A stretch of 64,000 nt of DNA from Octopus bimaculoides. Taxonomy: Eukaryota. The position numbers and the translations under genes are program-made. Shown here piece after piece: positions 38,830 through 51,170 of the stretch; within the stretch, counting starts at the first letter, position 1, and the number at the start of each line of letters is the position of its first letter. The stretch is from the NCBI RefSeq assembly GCF_001194135.2, contig NC_068995.1:33145489-33209488 (forward strand), given 5' to 3'. The notes below the pieces were generated by a model, which did not search any database, had not been told where the DNA came from, and was given only the letters and a program-made list of their open reading frames with translations.

Positions 38830-40312
38830 GAGTGAGAGAGAGAGAAATGGGTAGCCATAGAAATTGTCAGATATTGCAATATTTGTCTTAATATCTGGAC
38901 ATAGAGATTATGTGGTTTGCAATATATTTAGGTGTTTAAGTGTGTGTGTATGTATACATACTTACATGTATGTATATGATCATTCTTTTATGAATGAGTG
39001 TGTACGTATATAATACATACATATGCATACATATATATATAGACATACATATATTCATACACATGTGTGTGTGTGTGTATGCAAGTGTGTGTATACATGC
39101 ATACAGACACATAAATGTGTATGTATGTGAATGATGTCTATGCCTATTTGATTTTCCCTTCATTTACTTTGAGAAACACTCAAACATTTATCTAATAAAT
39201 CAAATATATTTTACTTTTATTATTTTGAATTACTTTTACTTTTACCATTTTTTATGTAGAATTATTATTTCATGTCTGAAGTGCCAAAAATAAGATGAAA
39301 CACAGCCTTGTTGTTTTAAATTTGAAGCTTACTTGCAAATGGAAGCAAATAGAAAATGTTAATGTTTTTGTCAATTATCAAGGTGGCAGCTAGAATTTTA
39401 GAATACTGTTGTTAGACATGCCATGTGGGAGTTACTTTTAACTCTTTACATTTGGAGTTGAAATCACACCGAGCTTGACTTTACCTTTGCACTCCTTTGG
39501 GATCAATAAAATTGGTACCAATCAAGTAATGACATCGCCTAATTCAATTATACTCATTCTCCAACATTTATGGCCTTGTGCCAATGTAAGAAATTCTCAT
39601 CAAGCTTCCAGTGTTAAGTTGATATTTACCAGTCAACTAGAACTTTTTACCTTTTTAATTCACAGTTGGAAATCTTTCAGCTATTACTAATAGCAATATT
39701 ATTTAGTCTTCAGTACTGTGTTATTGGACTGCTATTAGTAGCTGTCTAATTTTATATTTATGCCAGTGTAATATCTCTGCAGTTATAGATATGTGGAATC
39801 GTAATGTTTATTTACACATTTTATCATAGAATATTTTGGCAGACATCCATAAATAAATAGAGGAGTTATTCTAGAAAGCCAGCTATTGAACGAAAAAAAT
39901 GCAGAAATTACTTTCTCTTTGAATCTTGGAAATGTTTCTTGACTTAATTTTTATTTTGAGAGTGAAAATATTTGTTAAAATTGCAAATTCTTAACATTTA
40001 CATAAAAAAAGTGAAAAGAAGAAATAAAATAAAACCTAAATATTAGACAGAAACTATGTAGAATAACCCAATAGGCCAATTGTAAATCAAAGTGGAAAAT
40101 AGAGCAGATCTCAACTAAAATATTTATGAGTTAACATAGTGTTATTTATACTGTTTTGTCTCTGAAAATGGCACTAAAATTTAGTTGAAATTTAAACCAA
40201 AAACAGTTGAGAGGTCAACAATATTGGATTATGTGGGTAGCCAAGACACTTAACTCCCAATAATCCAGGTCAAGTTGCACTAAAACTCAATGGAATGTAA
40301 TAGCCTCTCACA

Positions 40313-41120
40313 TCATCATCATCATCATCATCATCATCGTTTAACGTCCGCTTTCCATGCTAGCATGGGTTGGACGATTTGACTGAGGACTGGTGAAACC
40401 GGATGGCAACACCAGGCTCCAGTCTGATTTGGCAGAGTTTCTACAGCTGGATGCCCTTCCTAACGCCAACCACTCAGAGAGTGTAGTGGGTGCTTTTACG
40501 TGTCACCTGCACGAAAACGGCCACGCTCGAAATGGTGTCTTTTATGTGCCACCCGCACAAGCCAGTCCAGGGGCNNNNNNNNNNNNNNNNNNNNNNNNNN
40601 NNNNNNNNNNNNNNNNNNNNNNNNNNNNNNNNNNNNNNNNNNNNNNNNNNNNNNNNNNNNNNNNNNNNNNNNNNNNNNNNNNNNNNNNNNNNNNNNNNNN
40701 NNNNNNNNNNNNNNNNNNNNNNNNNNNNNNNNNNNNNNNNNNNNNNNNNNNNNNNNNNNNNNNNNNNNNNNNNNNNNNNNNNNNNNNNNNNNNNNNNNNN
40801 NNNNNNNNNNNNNNNNNNNNNNNNNNNNNNNNNNNNNNNNNNNNNNNNNNNNNNNNNNNNNNNNNNNNNNNNNNNNNNNNNNNNNNNNNNNNNNNNNNNN
40901 NNNNNNNNNNTTTTCTCTCAAGATACTTACACTCTGACGGGTATTCACATTGACATTACACATCCAACGGAGCATACTGGCTTCATTCCTTGCGAGCTTA
41001 CGTATGTCCTCAGCAGTTACAGCCCATGTTTCACTGCCATGTAGCATGGTTGTTCGTACGCATGCGTCATACAGTCTGCCTTTTACTCTGAGTGAGAGTC
41101 CCTTTGTCGCCAGCAGGGGT
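40313..41120 (-). mobile_element. RTE LINE 3' fragment spanning a gap
   Basis: MLHGSETWAVTAEDIRKLARNEASMLRW on minus; tail at 40313-40570. Confidence 0.85.
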
Positions 41121-41609
41121 TGTAAAATAATTATCAGTACTGTAGGCTTTACAAATGCTTTATTAATTATTAATTTAAAGGTAGCGAGCTGGCAGAATCG
41201 TTAGCATGCCGGGTGAAATGCTTAGCAGTATTTCGTCTGTCTTCATATTCTGAGTTCAAATGCCGCCAGGGTCGACTTTGCCTTTCATCCTCTCAGGGTC
41301 AATAAATTATGAACTAGTTACGCACTGGGGTCAATGTAATCAACTTAATCCATTCTCCCAAATTTGAGGCCTTGTCAAGCTTAGGTCTTCTTGTACTGAG
41401 TGCTAAATTTAGTTTTGTATTCAAATTTACTTTGTGCAATGTTAGCATTTCTTTTGCACAATTGTGACCTGGTCACTAACAGTGTTCCACTGTCACAGTT
41501 GCAGTGAAACTGGGTGAGTGACCAATTGGTTGATTGTTAATCCAATGATTAGTCAAGCAGCTGATAAGTTAATTATTTAATTAGTTAATTAGCTGACTCT
41601 TCTTTTGTC

Positions 41610-41641
<32 letters not shown>

Positions 41642-43047
41642 TAAACTGAACTACTGCGATTGATTTTACCTTTCAACCTTTCAAGCCACCAAGGTCACTA
41701 AAGCAAGAAGAAGTTATCTACTAGGGTAAATTCAAACAGCTATAACTCCACTTTATAAAAATTTGCTAACTTTGTGACAATGCAAGAAACTGCTATTATT
41801 AGTTTCAAATTTTGGTACAAAGCCAGCAGTTTCAAGGAAGGGATAAGTTAATTACATAGACCCCAGTGTTCAACTGGTACTTATTTTATCAAACCCGAAA
41901 AGATGAAAGGCAAAGTCGATCTTGGCAGAATTTAAACTCAAAATATAAGGACATTGTCTTGCTCCTAAGCATTTTGCTTTGCATGCTAACAATTCTGCCA
42001 AGTGCTTTTACATCACCAAAGACTAAGTCTTGAAATTTATTTGTTATTTCTTTGAGCATGAAAATAGCCAAGTCTTCAAAGTTGATAGAGTTAAAAGCAA
42101 AAATTCCCTTGCCACAATATAAAGGGAACATTGCAACCAAGAGATGTCAATTGACACAACTTCTATACATTAAATTAGTTGCTGTTATTTATGGTACATT
42201 TAATTAGAAACTAAAGCCTCATGAAGAAGTGACCAAGAAGATGAATGAATCCAAGAATAAACGTGCCAGTTGCAGAGTGATTCTAAAGAGAAAGTCTATC
42301 AGTAATGACTTCTCTAATAAAGTCTGTTATAGAATTTAATGAAGCTCTAATTTGTAATTGGGAAGATCAATCATGATGATGACAATATTAAATGAACTTC
42401 ATTACTTCTTGCAGCTCATTACCTGATACTATTTATATTTCTTTCTTACTTTATTTAGCTTCCCCTCCTCCTCTCTTCCCTTTTTCTTTCCCTTTTTCTC
42501 TTTACATGAAGATACGCATTACATATATATATAACAAAAGAAATTTTATGTATTCCAAACTGAATCTGAGTGAACCATTACCAGAGCTTCTTATTACTGA
42601 TCTTCAGGTGATTGATGTTATAGTGAACAAAAATTTCTTATTTAGCCATTGGTTGGAATTGATCTGATCCTGCAGAAAACAACTAGACAAGAAGAACTGG
42701 TTCCACAAGAAAATTTTGATTTCAGATTTTGACACAAGGTCAGAAATTTTGGGAGTGGAGTAAGTCGATTACATCAACTCCAGTGCTCTGCTGGTACTTA
42801 TTTTATTGACCCCGAAAGGATGAAAGGCAAAGTCAATTTTGGTGGAATTTGAACTCAGAACATAAAGATATAAAATGCTGCTAAGTATTTTGTCCAGCAT
42901 GATAATAATTCTGCCAGCTTGCTACCTATTTTATAAGAAAATATCAAAGTTTATAACAAAGGCTCTACATCCGTCAATAAAATAAAACTCTGTATAATTG
43001 TTCTTTGAATCTATTTCTCAGAAATATTTTAAGAGAAATTCTATTAA

Positions 43048-43595
43048 CCTTTCGTTAGTCACCTGACCTTTCCGAATTTGGTTAGTCACATGGAGTGTTT
43101 ACACACCCCAATACAAAAATATTTATAGTTTTAGTATTATGTAAAATATAGTCATTCTATTGGTTCAGGATATATCTGCAGTCACTGCTGAGAAGTTTGA
43201 AACCCTTGTAGCTGATTGATATTAATATAAAACAATACAATAAAATAAATCATAAAATTAAGAAAAACTAAAAAATCTTAGATTCACATCACATTTATTT
43301 TGAAAATACCCACAGAATACACCATTTTGTGGAATATCTTAATATCTATGATGAATATTAGCATCAAAAAATAATATAACAGGCAATTTCCATTACAATA
43401 TGAGTTGAATCAGAGCTTGAACTGTGTCAGTCACATGGGGTGCATAGACAAAAACGACATCTACCTCCCATAACAAGCAAGCCACAACTGTGCCACCCTC
43501 ACTGAATCAGAAAAGTAGAGGAAGGTATAAAAGAAACAAAAACAAGATGCTAACTAGAAATTACAAGCATTTAAAAAAATGTGACTAACGAAGGG
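43048..43595. mobile_element. Non-autonomous piggyBac-like element, 548 bp
   Basis: TTAA|CCTTTCGTTAGTCAC … GTGACTAACGAAGGG|TTAA; TIR 14/15. Confidence 0.85.
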
Positions 43596-43933
43596 TTAAG
43601 AAAGCAATAATGACCTTAGTAATGATTTTATTAAGTAATTATTAGCTTGTATACAAACTAGTGAAAAGTAGGTGGATAAATGTAGGGATGCTTAATGAAT
43701 TTGTTAGAGTATAAGTTAGATTTTGGATGTGTATTATTACTTGAGAAATAAATTGTCTCTATCTTATGCTAAATGGTTTTAGTTCAAGGGAAATTGGGTC
43801 AACCATGGGTCATCCAAACACTTCTTTTTTCATATTGTGCTGGTGTGGGTTTTGTACCCAGTGCACTTATACTGACACACATAAACACATATATACAAAC
43901 ATGTGCTCACACACACACATGTACTCATCCATA

Positions 43934-43965
<32 letters not shown>

Positions 43966-44024
43966 TGTATGTGTATGTATGTATATGTATATATGTGTGT
44001 GTGTATGTACATATATATGTGTGC

Positions 44025-44094
<70 letters not shown>

Positions 44095-45299
44095 ATTAAG
44101 AACCAACTCTAAAAACTCCTTAAGATACTATGAAATTGCAATATTTTCAGCAATTTCCCAGCCATGGTTAGCAAAATGTGAAACTGGTAGACTATATAAA
44201 TATTCTATCTTATAAAATATATAAAAAATATATAAATTGTGTGCATTTTCTTTCTTTTGCTATTTTTTTTTTACTATATGTGTGTGTATGTGAGTGTGTA
44301 TTACAACATATATTTTTTAAATAAGAAGATGAGTTCAAAAGAAGTAAAGAAAAACTGAGTGTATTTGACTGATGCTCAGGAAAATTTGAAGAGGTCTTTA
44401 ATGTTTCAAGCATATGGTTTTCTATGAAAAGGATAGATGAGGAGGGGAAAAAATAGAGAGAAAAGAAAAAAGATGTCTCAATTAGATGGTCACCACCTGC
44501 TGAAATGACCAGAAAAGGAAGAAGTTGGCTTGAGTTGTAAGCAGAAAGAAAGACAACGTTGACCTGGCATGTGTGTATGTGTATGTGTATGAGTGTGCAA
44601 AGCTATCTGACATTTGTGTATGTCTGTATAAGGCTGTTTGATACGTGTGTGTGTGTGTATAATGCTATCAGACACATGTCTATGTGTATGAATGTGAGCA
44701 AGTGCTCACACCAGGTGTAGTAAAAAATGGTGAAACACTCATTGAAAAACTTTTTGGACAAAATAAAGGCATATGTTAGTTTTGATCGTAAGCTTCCCAG
44801 TAGAACTGAAAAACTACATTTGTGCTGCTCATGTCTAAGAGAATAATCAAGGAATGGCATTGCTTGAAACTGAGATGCAACTATCATACATAGTCATCTA
44901 AGAATCTATAAGTCAGAAAAAATAGACACTAATATATTTGTTAATAAAGTGGGTATATTAATCAAAGTATGTGTATGAAGCTATTGTGTGCATGTATACA
45001 GTGTGCATTTTGTGTGCATGTATAATGTATAGATCCATTTTGGCCGATCTTATTAATCAGTTTCACACTGGGTATTAGATAATAGGATAGTTAAGTAACA
45101 CACTATGCTCTTCAGAGATTGCATGTATGGAAAAATATATGGCAACTGTTTTTTGTTATTGGAGATGAAAATGTCGTATTTGGTTTGCGCATGCTGTGTA
45201 AAATGAGAAAACAAAGTCAGTGAAAGTGAATGAACAAGGAACATATCAAGAGTACATCCCTTCCCAATCATTTACCTCTGGCAACTTCACATCAATGTT

Positions 45300-45742
45300 A
45301 AGGTAGTGGCAACACCACATGTCCTTTTAGCAGACACTGCAAGACAATGATACATGAAACAGGGATGATATCAAAGGTCTCTAAAATATAGTCAAATCTG
45401 CAAAAGTATGTAAGCATGAGACAAGGTACTTTCAGAACAACATTTAACAATCATAAGTCCTCCTTTAATATCCAAGGGAGACACGGTTTCATAGCCATAG
45501 CTAGACATATATGATCATTTAAGGAAAGTACTATGGGTTAAAACATCAAGTGGAAAATCTTGGAAAAGTACAAGTCTTATTTCACTAGTAGCAGAAAGTG
45601 CAGGCTGTACCTAGCTGAGACCATCTTCATAAGCTGTGAAACTGAGATTTTTAGCCCATGCCCACATGAGAGAAGATATGACCTTGCTGTGATTAAAAAT
45701 GGTAGAACATCCACCATTGGTCCTTCTATCATCACACCCTGA
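45300..45742 (+). mobile_element. Penelope-like GIY-YIG endonuclease relic
   Basis: KYVSMRQGTFRTTFNNHKSSF…IKWKILEKYKSY…SRKCRLYLAE…CPHERRY (cf. YIG…F..RYNNHKSSF…WKILEK…C.LCL.EK). Confidence 0.75.
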
Positions 45743-46678
45743 GAGGCAACTGAAGTTTTGATCAAACCATACACACATACACATATGTAGTCTGACATGG
45801 AGTTAAAGGTTTGGACAACCACCCAATCCCCTCTTCCAAAAACATCCCCGACACACATATCAACCCTGTACACATAACAACCACATCCCTAGACTAATAT
45901 TAACCTACCATTCTCTTGGTGCATCACAACCCATTCAGGTCTTTTTGGAAACCAATAACTCTTGATAAGTCCTTCACCAACCGTCTCCTGTGATTTCATT
46001 CTGTCTTTCTTACAGCACCCATAAGCCAGCTGTGACATTTCCTCACCTCCAGTAACAGAGATCAGTCACCATGTTTTTGCCTACCTGCCAACTCTGAAGA
46101 GTACAAATATTAGTTAACTGGACAGTTATCTAGTATTCTGTGCAAAACCAATGGATAAGATTGGCTATAATGGATCCATAATAATTATATACTTTGGTTA
46201 ATATGTATATATATCTCTTTTACTCTTTTACTTGTTTCAGTCATTTGACTGTGGCCATGCTGGAGCACCACCTTTAGTCAAACAAATCGATCCCAGGACT
46301 TATTCTTTGTAAGCCTAGTACTTATTCTATCGGTCTCTTTTGCCAAACAGCTAAGTTACAGAAACGTAAACACACCAGCATCAGTTGTCAAGCGATGTTG
46401 GGGGGACAAACACAGACACACAAACATATACACACACACATACATATATGCGATGGGCTTCTTTCAGTTTCCATCTACCAAATCCACTCACAAGGCTTTG
46501 GTCGGCCCGAGGCTATAGTAGAAGACACTTGCCGAAGGTGTCACGCAGTGAGACTGAACCCGGAACCATGTGGTTCATAAGCAAGCTACTTATCACACAG
46601 TCACTCCTATGCATATATCTGTCCGATGAACGGGAACGTGAAACTCAGAGTAACGGTTTTTTTGTTATATTTCTGCTG

Positions 46679-46717
<39 letters not shown>

Positions 46718-47131
46718 CTCTCTCTCTCTCTCTCTGTTTCTGGAGAAGGATTGTCTCTGCCTGGTCTAAATAAACCTGAGGCATATTGTATATCTCATCA
46801 GTGCTGCTATGGCTCTATCAGGCAATAAGGGTCCATGGCATTACATGGCAGTTTTTTAATACACTACCAAAAGAAATCTATAAGAATGTGTTAAAGGAAA
46901 AGAGGTGTATTAACTAGCATATAAAAAATGTATTATAGAAAATTAGGTTGATGAAATTTGTTGCAGAATCAAGTTCTTATTGTAAAATAGATAGTATTGG
47001 CAAATTTGGGGATTGTAAAAGTATGTATATTTGATTTATCCAATTGCTTCCTAAGTATATACAGAAGAAAAGAGACAAGGGGAGAAAGAGAGAAATGGGC
47101 AGAGAGAGAGAGAGAGAGAAAGAGTGAGTGC

Positions 47132-47178
<47 letters not shown>

Positions 47179-47524
47179 CGAGAGATAGGCTTTGATGTTA
47201 TTCCTGTAAAGGGACAACTTTGAAGTTTGAGTCGAAGCTGGAAGTGTTTAAATATCTAAAGATGTTGGTCCAAACTTTACCAGAAACCAATTCTATCGAT
47301 CTTTTTGGTTGTTTGATCATTTGTTTGTTCTAGCTCTGTTCATTGTCATGATTTTACACAGCATTTCAAAGAAAGGAAGGGAAAAACAGAAATAAGAGAG
47401 AGATATAGAAGAAATAAGAGTGAGTAAATGAGTAAATACGAGAAAGGGAGAGAGCAAGAGAGAGAGAGAGAGAGAGCAAGAGAAAGAGAGAGAGAGCAAG
47501 AGAAAGAGAGAGAGAGAGAGAGAG

Positions 47525-47559
<35 letters not shown>

Positions 47560-47978
47560 AAGAGAGAGAGAGAGAGAGCAAGAGAGAGAGAGAGAAAGCC
47601 ACAGAGAGAGTGGAGGAAGAATAGGTAAAGCCAGGAAAAAGAGTGGATAAGGAATAAAGAAAGACAGACAAAAACATAGAAGAGAAAGGAAAACTGAAGA
47701 GGATGCAAAAACAATATATATAAAGTTGCACAAACACTCTTCTGAAGAAAATGTTCGGAGATTCTTGCTTACAGATATTCTGATAATATTTTTGTTTATT
47801 TGCTGTGTGTAGTATTACCTCATTATGTACAATGTTTGCATAATATGCATTATAACATCAACCAATCACTGAATCCTTGAAACAGCTGTAAAGTATTATT
47901 TTCATATTGTAATATGCTTATGTAATATCTCATACAGATGATTCCTTACATTCTATAATTGTTTGTCCAGCTTTTCTC

Positions 47979-48030
<52 letters not shown>

Positions 48031-48659
48031 TACACACATACATACATGGAAAAGATGGATAAAGAATTGTATATAATACATATCTATATATTCTTTTATT
48101 CTTTTACTTGTTTCAGTCATTTGAGTGCAGCAATGCCGGGGACCCATATTGGAAAGTTTCAGCCAAACAAATCAACCTCAGGACTTATTTTTTAAGCCTA
48201 GTACTTATTCCATAGTACTTATTCCAAACCATTAAGCTACAGGGATGTAAATATACCAACACTGGTTGTCAAGTGGTGATATATACATGCATATATGTAT
48301 AATATATACATGCATATGTATTGGCATTAGAAGAGCATACATAACATATGTATGTATATGTGTAAATGTATATATGTAATATACATAATTTTTCCTAATT
48401 TTTCAAATTGTCTTTTTAATCAAGTAAATGATCTAGTAAGTGTGTGTGTATGTATACATGTGTTTGCATATATACACATATACATCTATCTTGTTTGCCT
48501 TCATCAGACAGTCTGATGGTAGAAAGCAAGTCTCCATTCTATTGTTGACATCAGGTAGCCGAATAACCAGCTTTAAGCAGCATACTACAAGTTGTGTACA
48601 CGATTATAAAATTATTACTTGTATAAAAAATTTGTATAAATAAATTTTCATACAATAAT

Positions 48660-49010
48660 GTTTCTCAAACCGGTAAATTAGCTGCAAAAATTTATTAACT
48701 GCAGAATTATTTCCGGACTTAGCGCGCCAGATTGAAGACATTTAAAAGGATACACTGAATGTAATTTGTAGAACTCTACACGTGCTCCGTTTCGGTTGGA
48801 CGTCCTGTGTCTAGTTCTGGAAATTACATCGCAAATCGACTGACTACGCTGACGATCCTGCAGATATTTATGTAGATTTTAACAGGTGAAACCATGGTAC
48901 GTAGGTTAATCGTTTTTATTTAGTATTTTTTCATTTGTCTTGCCCTTTTACAGTCTGTTGTGTCGCTGAATTTTTACTGAGAACATATATTTTTTCCGTG
49001 ATTAGATGAT
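48660..49010. promoter_or_regulatory. CpG-enriched promoter-like patch with a possible first exon
   Basis: Local CpG cluster in an otherwise CpG-poor window. ETS-like CCGGAAAT on minus (48709-48716), GCGCGCC (48722-48728), CACGTG (48779-48784), CCATG|GTACGT (ATG 48894-48896). Confidence 0.45.
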
Positions 49011-49067
49011 TCGGCATCTATTTCTAGCATATAGGAGTCCACTTTTGCTGGTCATCCCTCTTATTTT

Positions 49068-49107
<40 letters not shown>

Positions 49108-49599
49108 TAATTATTCATGTAATATGTATGTATTTAAGTGTTGTATTGTTTTAATTAAAAATTTTCATGCATTACTTTCAAGAGATTAATGAAAATCTTA
49201 CTAAATAAGATTTTCTTTAATCTCTTAGGGATTTACAGACTCCCTTCACTATTTTCCCTCCTCTTTCACTCTAGCACTTGCCACCACCAACACCACCACC
49301 ATCATCACCACCTAATCATCACCACCTAATCATCACCACCACCATCACCATCACCACCATCATCACCACCACCACCTTAATGTTAGACCTGCACAATATC
49401 CCTGTACCTAAAGGGGTTTTTGTTCCATTTATTTATTTATTTACTTGGCCCTGAATGTTTGGTGGGGAGATCTAGGGAAGTGGTGGTTCCATTGAGCAGT
49501 AATATTAGTAGTTGTATAGCTGATAACATGCAAGAGCTGTGAGTCTGCAGGCAAACTTTCTGCAAAACCTTCTTATCAGATGTCGAAAGCTCTCCTCAG

Positions 49600-51170
49600 C
49601 TCCCTACTCATTCTTTCTATCAACTTTGCAATGTTAGAGCAACCACAATTAAGGTAGGTCTGGTGAGATCATTGAAATATTTGAATGGAGGCATGTAGAT
49701 GTATGCTGCATGCAAGAGACAAGATGGAGAGGAACCTCAGTCACAAGCAAAAGACATCATCATCAGGCAACGATGATAATCTGAAGTATGGGGGCATACT
49801 TTTAGTAGAGAAAATAGTTGACAAAGTGATCAAAGTAATTAGTGTGTAAAATGATAATTAAGCTTAAATTAGTCCTTCAAAATATGACAGCAGCTTTTAT
49901 CTCTGCTTATGCCCCTGAATCAAGATTCGCTGGATAAAGAAAAAGCTCACTTTTATGATGTCCTTTTGCAGACCATCTTAACGACAGTGACATTATTTTC
50001 ATGGCTAGTGACTTCAGTGGATATGTCAGGTAGCATCCTGGTGGATTCTTGGTGTGCATGGAGGCTATGGATTTAGTTCTTCAAATGAAGAGGGAACATA
50101 ACTCTTGGTGTTTTGTGATGCAAATGACCTAATGATTAGTTAAGACTAATTTCAGAAAGCCAGTCAGTCACTTGTCACCAAAAGTCAGGATATTGTTTCA
50201 GTGCTTCAATTCTGATTTCACTTATATTTTTTTCTAAAGTGAATGATCGCCTTAATCTTTTGATATTTTAATCTTTTAAACTTTTGAGGGTTTTTTTTCC
50301 TTCTTTTAATCAATTTATCTTTCATGCTCACATAAAAACAAAATTGTTCTAAAAAAGAAGGAAAATGGAAAAAAGTAGGATAGGTTAAGTGCTCATAATT
50401 GCAAGTCCTCCCAGGGTAAACAATGTTCTACCCAACACAGATTAGTGGCTTGTAACTTCAGACTTAGAGCTAGAAGGGCTCAAAGAAACAAACTAGTCAG
50501 GAAAAGGACGATATGGATGCTTAAAGATCCATCAAACTGTTAGGAATTTAAAGCGGTCCTAGTTGAGGCATTTGAAGAAAAGGAGCAAGACAGAGACATA
50601 ACATACAGGACAACTAGAAGTTCCAACAGAACAACCTACAGACCGAATTTGTGCTGGTGTAAAGTTCCAACCAGATCAAGGGTGATGTGGTGGTGAAACA
50701 GTGAAGTAGACAGAGGCATAAAAACAAAGAGACTGACTTGGAAGGATAGGAAAAATGAAGGCAGCAGAGAATTAAACGAAGTAGCTAGAAGAAAAGCTAA
50801 AAGACAGATTAATCAAGGGGAGAAACAGAAAGGAAGAGGGTTGCCAATGTTTTACAGCATGAGGGGATTGCTAGACAGTGTAGCATAGAAAATTGTGCTA
50901 GTGTGGGAAGGAAGTGTGTACAGATGGATAATGGTACACTTGCTCTTAATGATTCTGAAAAGAAAGAGTCATGGAAGTGCCCCTATGAAAGATTATTAAA
51001 CACTGAGAATGCTTTGGAGAAAAAGAGTCTTCACAATGTAACCTGATGATGAGACCAGTCATTCTACTTGACAGAAGTATGATAGATAATGAAATTAAAG
51101 ATATGAAGATAGAGAAAGTCCCTGGTATATCATGAATTACTGCTGAGATGCTTAAAATATCTTCCATAGT
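49600..51170 (+). mobile_element. Old, heavily decayed RTE LINE (APE plus part of RT)
   Basis: RSGEIIEIFEWRHVDVCCMQETRWRG (APE QET motif), later KVPGIS.ITAEMLK; many stops. Confidence 0.75.

Noticed and set aside
47400-47600. Periodic (GA)n-CAA array giving RERERARE/LSLS ORFs
   Set aside because: Compound microsatellite.
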